From: Rhodospirillales bacterium
Lineage (GTDB): Bacteria > Pseudomonadota > Alphaproteobacteria > MPNO01 > UBA2964
Direction of reading: 5' to 3'
Length of the DNA: 64,000 bases
NCBI GenBank assembly: GCA_038116945.1
Contig: JAYOEY010000002.1
Span: 276,958-340,957, forward strand
Positions 58,544 through 64,000 of this stretch are shown in pieces. Each line of letters begins with the position of its first letter. Within the stretch, counting starts at the first letter, position 1. The notes beneath the pieces are model-generated. The model worked only from the letters and a program-made list of their open reading frames with translations. It ran no database searches and had not been told where the DNA came from. The position numbers and the translations under genes were made by a program.

Positions 58544-60619
58544 TCAGCGCTCCACCGTTCTGACATCCACCGCGCGGACGCCCTGACCTTTGGGCAGCAC
58601 CATCAGCGGGTTGATTTCGATATCGGCGAGCCAGGTGCGGTGGTCGAGATAGAAATTGCCGAATGCGACGGCGGCCCGGACCAGCGCGTCCGTATCGGCC
58701 GGCGGCGCTCCGCGGAAGCCCGCGAGCAGGTCCTTCAGGCGCAAATGCCCGATCGCCGCCCGCACATCCTCTTCCGACACGGGCAGCAGCCTGAGCGCCA
58801 CATCCCGCATCAGCTCCACCATCACGCCGCCCGTGCCGATCACCAGCATCGGGCCGTAGAGCGCATCGTCGCGGGCGCCAAGCAGCACCTCGACGCCGGA
58901 TACCATTTCCTGCACAAGGAACCCGTCGACCGTCGCTGACGGATCGACAGCCCTGAGCCGTTCCGTCATCGCGTTCGCGGCCGAAATGACGCTTTCCTCA
59001 TCTCCGAGCCCGAGCGTAACGCCGCCGACCTCCGTCTTGTGGCTGGCCTGGGGAGAAACGATCTTGACGGCGACCGGGAAGCCGATCCCGGCGGCTGCCT
59101 TTGCGGCTGTCGCGGGATCCGACCCCATGACGGATCGCGGCGGCGTTACGCCCGCAGCGGCCAGCGCCGCCTGCAGCGCCTCGCCCGCGCAGCTCTCCGC
59201 CTTGCCCTGCGGTTCCGGCAGGTCGCCGATCACGCGGCCGCGGCGGGCGGCATGGAACCACAGCGCGTTCATCACCCGCACGCCGGTCCGCGTGCCCTGA
59301 ACGAACGGCATGTTGGTGTCGGCCTGGAAATCGAGCCCGCCGTCCGGAATGTTGTGCGGCATGCGGGCGAACGAGATCACCGGCTTGTCGGTCGAGGCCA
59401 GAAGCTCCTTGATCTGATCGGCCTGCCCGGCGCTGCGCGCGGTGCCCGGCATGTTATTGCACCACGCCACCATGTCGACAACGGGATCGCTGGCGAACGC
59501 CTTGCAGATTTCGATGGGCGACGACCGGCCCGATCGGCCCACCGGCGCGCCGGTGTCGATCGGGTTGCGGATATGGCAGTCGGCGGGCACGAATTCGCGG
59601 ATCGCCTCCACCGTCTCCGGCGAAAGCTCGGGCACCACCGCATTTTCCTGCTCGCAGTAATCATGCAGCAGATCCACCGTGCCGCCCGACGTGGTCATGA
59701 AGGCAATGCCCGGCCCTTTCGGCAACCGGCCCTGCTGGAACGCCAGCGTGGTTTCGATGATTTCTTCCACGGTCTCGCAGGCGATGATGCCGTAACGCTC
59801 GCACATCGCCTCATAGGCCGCGTAGTCGCCCGCCACCGCGCCGGAATGCGAAGCGGCGGCCTCGCGGGATTTCTGCGACCGGCCGGTCTTGATGGCGACG
59901 ATCGGCTTGCCGGCGGCGAGCGCGCGGCCTGCCGCCCTCATGAACGCGTCAGGTCGGCGAATCCCTTCGATGAACAGGCAGATCTGCTCGGTACCCTCGT
60001 CGTCGACCAGAAAATCGACATAGTCGGCGAGGTCGAGGCTCAGCTCGTTGCCCGAGGAGATCGCGTAGGAAAAGCTCAGCCCCCGTTCCAGCGCGCAGTT
60101 GACGAAGTAGCTGAGCGTACCGCCCGATTGCGTCACCAGCGCGACCGGCCCGGGCTCCATCCCGCTGACATGGGTATGCGGATAGCAGTAGAGCTTCTGC
60201 CGGATGCCGGCGAGCCCCATGCAGTTCGGCCCGCAGACGGCGATATCGAGCTCGTCGAGCGTCTTGCGGAACGCGGCGCCCCGTTTCAGCGACTGTTCGC
60301 GTCCGCCGTCGCCGAAGCCCGCCGCATACACCACCGCTGCCTTGACGCCGTTCTCCACCCCCTGGCGCAGCGCGGCGTCGACCGCATCGGCCGGGATGAT
60401 CATCAGGGCGAGCTCGGCCGGCTCCGGCAGCGAGGCCAGATCCGGATAACAGGGCACGCCGAAAATCTCGTCCCGCTTCGGGTTGATCGGGAAAATTCTT
60501 CCCTCGTATCCCGACTCGGTCAAATTGGCGTAGATGTTTCGCGGCCAGTGCGATTTGTCTGTCGCGCCGACGATGGCGATGGATTTTGCGTTGAAGATAT
60601 CGGCCGCCGACCTGGCCAT
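58544..60619 (-). CDS. ADP-forming acyl-CoA synthetase, FerA-like, paralog 2
   Basis: It has the same three-domain architecture as the 54183 gene and is about 50% identical by eye (…IAIVGATDKS…, …GFPVAVKIVSPQASHKTEVGGV…). An AGGGGG RBS precedes the ATG at 60619. Confidence 0.8.
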   Translation of the reverse strand: MARSAADIFNAKSIAIVGATDKSHWPRNIYANLTESGYEGRIFPINPKRDEIFGVPCYPDLASLPEPAELALMIIPADAVDAALRQGVENGVKAAVVYAAGFGDGGREQSLKRGAAFRKTLDELDIAVCGPNCMGLAGIRQKLYCYPHTHVSGMEPGPVALVTQSGGTLSYFVNCALERGLSFSYAISSGNELSLDLADYVDFLVDDEGTEQICLFIEGIRRPDAFMRAAGRALAAGKPIVAIKTGRSQKSREAAASHSGAVAGDYAAYEAMCERYGIIACETVEEIIETTLAFQQGRLPKGPGIAFMTTSGGTVDLLHDYCEQENAVVPELSPETVEAIREFVPADCHIRNPIDTGAPVGRSGRSSPIEICKAFASDPVVDMVAWCNNMPGTARSAGQADQIKELLASTDKPVISFARMPHNIPDGGLDFQADTNMPFVQGTRTGVRVMNALWFHAARRGRVIGDLPEPQGKAESCAGEALQAALAAAGVTPPRSVMGSDPATAAKAAAGIGFPVAVKIVSPQASHKTEVGGVTLGLGDEESVISAANAMTERLRAVDPSATVDGFLVQEMVSGVEVLLGARDDALYGPMLVIGTGGVMVELMRDVALRLLPVSEEDVRAAIGHLRLKDLLAGFRGAPPADTDALVRAAVAFGNFYLDHRTWLADIEINPLMVLPKGQGVRAVDVRTVER

Positions 60620-60727
60620 GAATGCCCCCTGATATATGGTTTTCTACAGGGGACGATGATGAAAAAGCCGGTCTGTCCTGTCAAACAGGCTCGATGCGGA
60701 TCGCGCCGTCCCTTGCGTGCTGAAATC

Positions 60728-61504
60728 CTATCGCCGGTGCCGGTTATATTCCGCCATCGCCTGCGGCAGCAGTTTCCTGATGTTGTCGATGCGGGTCTGA
60801 GGCGCCGGGTGGGTCGAGAGAAATTCCGGCGGACGCGGACCGCCGGCGTTCCTGAAATTCTCCCATAGCGGCACGGCGGCGCGTGGATCGTAGCCAGCCC
60901 TGGCCATCAGGATCAGGCCGATATGATCGGCTTCCGATTCCTGGGTGCGGGTGTGCGGCAATACGATTCCCAGCGTCGAAAGCTGGGATGCCAGGTTGAC
61001 GAACTGACCGTATTCCTGACCTGCCGCGGCGCTGAGGCCGACGAGACCCAACTGTACCGCCATCTGGGTAGATATCCGTTCCGAGCCATGCCGGGCGATG
61101 GCGTGGCCGACCTCGTGCGCCATCACGGTCGCAAGCTGGTTATCGTCCTTCGCCACGGTGAACAGTCCCGTGTTCACGCCGACCTTGCCGCCGGGCAGCG
61201 CGAAGGCGTTGGGCGTCTTGTCCTCGATGACGTTGAATTCCCATTTCAGGTCGGGCTGGCCGCTGACATTCGCGATGCGCCGTCCGATCTCCCTCACGCG
61301 GCGGACATAGCTCTGGTTGGTGCTGAGCCGGGCCTTCGAAAGAATCTGGTGGTAGGCCTGCAGGCCCATCTGCTGCGCCTGTCCGGGAGACATCACGATG
61401 AACTGGCTACGGCCGGTGATCGGCGCGGTCTCGCACCCCGCGGTCAGCCATCCGCCGAAGGCGATTGCCGTAAGTGTCAACAGAAGGCGCAGTTTTCCGG
61501 TCAT
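60728..61504 (-). CDS. M48-family metallopeptidase lipoprotein (LoiP/YcaL-like)
   Basis: It has a lipobox LTAGC after the signal peptide and a HEVGH zinc motif followed by a downstream E. Confidence 0.8.
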   Translation of the reverse strand: MTGKLRLLLTLTAIAFGGWLTAGCETAPITGRSQFIVMSPGQAQQMGLQAYHQILSKARLSTNQSYVRRVREIGRRIANVSGQPDLKWEFNVIEDKTPNAFALPGGKVGVNTGLFTVAKDDNQLATVMAHEVGHAIARHGSERISTQMAVQLGLVGLSAAAGQEYGQFVNLASQLSTLGIVLPHTRTQESEADHIGLILMARAGYDPRAAVPLWENFRNAGGPRPPEFLSTHPAPQTRIDNIRKLLPQAMAEYNRHRR

Positions 61505-61620
61505 TTTGCGATCCTGTTCCGTTCGTAAAACCTATCGCCGCCCATTGCGGCAAATTGATGACGCTGCATCCGCACGCAGCGTATACTGGATCAAATAAAC
61601 CGCATTTCGGGGAGACGACA

Positions 61621-62055
61621 ATGCCAAAATTCACCGATGGAATGGCCGACGCCTTGTACAATTCGCTGGCGGACGGGACGCCCTGCCTGGTCGGCACGGT
61701 ATCGCCCGACGGCACCCCCAATATCAGCCCCAAGGGCAGCGTCATGGTCTGGCAGGGCGACAAGCTGGCCTACTGGGAACGGTCGCATCGCGGTGCGCGC
61801 AACAATGTCGAAGCAGGCTCCAAGGTCGTGGTTTTTTACCGCAATCCGGACCGCGCTCTGGACCTGCCGCAGGGCGCGGCCTTGCGCATTTACGGCACGG
61901 CGCGCGTGGTGGCCGAGGGGCCGGAACGCGACGACGTGATGTCGAAAGTCGTGCAGAAGGAACTCGACAACGATCCCGGCCTCAAGGGGGCGGCGGTCAT
62001 CATCGATGTCGAGCGGATCGAAAACCTGCGCGGGGAAGACGTCAGCGCGGACTGA
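61621..62055 (+). CDS. Pyridoxamine 5'-phosphate oxidase-family (FMN-binding split barrel) protein
   Basis: It is about 145 aa with a PNPOx-like pattern. A GGGGAG RBS precedes the ATG at 61621. The ORF-track start at 61474 is an extension. Confidence 0.6.
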   Translation: MPKFTDGMADALYNSLADGTPCLVGTVSPDGTPNISPKGSVMVWQGDKLAYWERSHRGARNNVEAGSKVVVFYRNPDRALDLPQGAALRIYGTARVVAEGPERDDVMSKVVQKELDNDPGLKGAAVIIDVERIENLRGEDVSAD

Positions 62056-62065
62056 TTTCGATCCG

Positions 62066-63157
62066 TTACTGCACCCGCCCGCGGGCGGCGATGTCCCACA
62101 CTCCGGTGACCTCGTCGCCGGAGGTGGCGATGAACCGGTCGTAGAGATTGACCGTGGTGTCGCAATGGGTCGGGGCAAAGCGGACCTTGTCGCCGAGCGA
62201 CAGCGGACAGGCGCCGTCGGCCCAGACGAGTTCGCCGTGTTCCTCGCCGGCGAAACGGAATGCCGCACCTGGCAGGTCGAGCGGCACGGGCGCCCCGCCG
62301 TCGGAGCTGACTGCCTTCAGCCCCATGTCGACGATGGCGCGGTTCGGTTCAGGCCGCGATATGACGCCGGCCAGCAGCGTCAGGGACTGTTCGAACGGAA
62401 TCAGGTCGCCATCGTTCCATTCGACCTGGCGATAACGGGAATCCATGAACAGATAGCCACCCGGCTGTAATTCGGTCAGCCCGCCCGAAGCGGCGTCGAT
62501 GACCGACGTCCCGCTGCCGCCGCCGGTCAGCACGGGAACGTCGATGCCGTTGGCGCGCAGAAGGTCCGCCGTACCGGTCAGCAGGCCGAGAGCCTTGTCC
62601 GCCGCCGCCCTGCGGTCTTCGAACGAGGCCGTCATCTGGATGGCGCCCTGATAGCCCTGCAGCCCGCGGAATTCGAGCCAGGCCTCGTCCTTGATGGCGC
62701 GTGCCAGCGCCAGGGCGGGCTCGCCCGGCTGAACCCCGCAGCGGTTCTGCCCGACATCGACTTCGACGATCACGCCGAACCTGATGCCCGCGGTATGGGC
62801 GGTTTTCGCCATCTCCGCGATATTGGCCGCGTCGTCCGCGACCGTCGTTACCTTCGCGCGGCTCGCGATATCCATCAGCCGCATCAGTTTCGACGGTCCG
62901 ATTACGGGTGTGGTGATCAGAATGTCGTCGACGCCGCCCGCCACCATGACTTCTGCCTCACCGAGCTTCGCGCAGCAGATGCCTCCCGCGCCATGGGCAA
63001 TCTGGATCTTCGCGATCTCCGGCGATTTGTGCGCCTTGGCGTGCGGCCGGTAGGCGATCCCGGCGTCGGCTGCGATCTTCTGCATCCGTTTCAGGTTGCG
63101 GTTGAACGCGTCTTCGTCGACCAGCAGGACCGGCGTGTCCAGTTCGGCGATTTTCAC
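62066..63157 (-). CDS. DSD1-family PLP-dependent enzyme (alanine-racemase-fold D-serine deaminase / D-threonine aldolase-like)
   Basis: It has the PLP-lysine motif RPHAKAHKSPEIA and a C-terminal metal-binding region (…HCD…). A GTG start at 63157 (MKIAELDTPVLLVDEDAF) with a GGAG RBS overlaps the upstream stop (GTGA). The ORF-track extension to 63448 is not supported. Confidence 0.7.
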   Translation of the reverse strand: MKIAELDTPVLLVDEDAFNRNLKRMQKIAADAGIAYRPHAKAHKSPEIAKIQIAHGAGGICCAKLGEAEVMVAGGVDDILITTPVIGPSKLMRLMDIASRAKVTTVADDAANIAEMAKTAHTAGIRFGVIVEVDVGQNRCGVQPGEPALALARAIKDEAWLEFRGLQGYQGAIQMTASFEDRRAAADKALGLLTGTADLLRANGIDVPVLTGGGSGTSVIDAASGGLTELQPGGYLFMDSRYRQVEWNDGDLIPFEQSLTLLAGVISRPEPNRAIVDMGLKAVSSDGGAPVPLDLPGAAFRFAGEEHGELVWADGACPLSLGDKVRFAPTHCDTTVNLYDRFIATSGDEVTGVWDIAARGRVQ

Positions 63158-64000
63158 GGCCCGACGGCTCCGGTCGCATGCACGGTCTTTCCGCCCACCA
63201 TGGTCAGTTCCGAAGCGATGTCCTTCAGCGCGTTCTCCGGACAGGAAAGCGGGTCGTCGCTCAGAATTGCGAGATCGGCGAGCTTGCCCGGTTCCAGCGA
63301 TCCCTTGATATCTTCCTCGAACGTCAGGTGCGCCGCCTCGATGGTGGCGCAGCGCAGCGCCTGTTCGCGGGTCAGCGCCTGGTCGGGTGCAATCGGCCCG
63401 TCGATGTCCATGTTGTATCGCGTCACCGCCTGCCAGATCGGATACCACAGCGTGGTCGGCACGTTGTCGGTACCGAGCCCGATATGGATGCCGGCCTCCA
63501 GCACCGATTTCAGCGGTGCAATCTCGTTTTCGTGCTCGGCGCCGATCCGGTCGCGGAAAATCGCCCCGTGCTTGTAGACATAGCGGTTGGTGTGCGACGT
63601 CATGGCGATCCCCATCGCCGCGAGGGATGCGATCTGCTCTTCGCTGGCGCGATCCAGATGCCCCATGATCCAGCGCCGTCCGGAGAGCGGCACGGATTCG
63701 TTGACCTGTTCGTAGAGCGGCACGAAATCCATCCAGATCGCGTTGGCGCGGATGTTCGCGCGCGCCAGGGATGTCAGGAAATCAGGCATTTTCTCGCGCG
63801 GTACGCCGCTGTCGTAGTTGAAACCCGACCAGCCGGTATAGGGCGCCGCGCGGGCGCGCATCAGATTGTCAGGCTCGATCCCGAAATCCGCGAAGATTCC
63901 CGCGACGCGCAGCCATTCGTCGCCGGTCCCCTGGTTTCCGCCGATTTCGCCGGTCCAGCGGTCCATGGCGTCCTGGTACCCGTCCCTGTCCGCGAAATGC
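63154..64000 (-). CDS. Amidohydrolase-family (metal-dependent hydrolase) protein, C-terminal part; 5' end beyond the window edge
   Basis: It has a TIM-barrel amidohydrolase C-terminal pattern (…GIHIGLGTDN…HATGAVGP). The frame stays open past position 64000. Confidence 0.6.
   Translation of the reverse strand, partial: HFADRDGYQDAMDRWTGEIGGNQGTGDEWLRVAGIFADFGIEPDNLMRARAAPYTGWSGFNYDSGVPREKMPDFLTSLARANIRANAIWMDFVPLYEQVNESVPLSGRRWIMGHLDRASEEQIASLAAMGIAMTSHTNRYVYKHGAIFRDRIGAEHENEIAPLKSVLEAGIHIGLGTDNVPTTLWYPIWQAVTRYNMDIDGPIAPDQALTREQALRCATIEAAHLTFEEDIKGSLEPGKLADLAILSDDPLSCPENALKDIASELTMVGGKTVHATGAVGP

Noticed and set aside
59039-60868. 609-aa plus ORF antisense to the second acyl-CoA synthetase
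   Set aside because: It is a shadow ORF: the minus-strand gene is a clear paralog of the 54183 gene with a strong RBS.

Overview
This 64-kb window is a high-GC (about 65%) bacterial chromosomal segment. Gene content and synteny look alphaproteobacterial (Rhodospirillales-like). It is densely packed with about 58 protein-coding genes on both strands, and many of them overlap by ATGA/GTGA/TAATG junctions typical of translational coupling. Most genes are conserved housekeeping functions: a class-I LysRS 3' end, pyrD, rpmB, aroK-aroB, xerD, accA, secA, argJ, mutT, grxC, ubiG, lysC, ptsP, hisS, hemA, prfA, prmC, clpB, and several methyltransferases and peptidases. I found no tRNA/rRNA genes, IS elements or transposases, phage integrases, CRISPR arrays or GC-content dips, so this looks like core chromosome rather than a mobile island; xerD here is the chromosomal dimer-resolution recombinase. 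The parts that do not look like plain housekeeping are: (1) a roughly 1080-aa membrane-anchored protein (two N-terminal TM helices) made almost entirely of repeated amphipathic coiled-coil modules; (2) a minus-strand operon of sufE, a self-cleaving S24/LexA-type repressor, two tandem paralogous SAM methyltransferases and a small hypothetical; (3) a split TPP decarboxylase (ComD/ComE-like) + cupin + FAH-family module inserted in the aroK-aroB-corC operon; (4) a hydroxycinnamate-type CoA-dependent side-chain cleavage cluster with two paralogous ADP-forming acyl-CoA synthetases on opposite strands, an acyl-CoA dehydrogenase and an HCHL-like hydratase/lyase that carries a lysine/alanine-rich histone-H1-like tail, plus a 22-bp GC-rich stem-loop and a bidirectional intrinsic terminator; (5) an EAL-domain protein with degenerate catalytic motifs; (6) several small structured intergenic elements, including a sigma-32-type promoter upstream of clpB. 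The many long ORFs antisense to real genes in the ORF track are high-GC artefacts and were rejected. All functional calls come from motif and family recognition by eye; no database searches were run.
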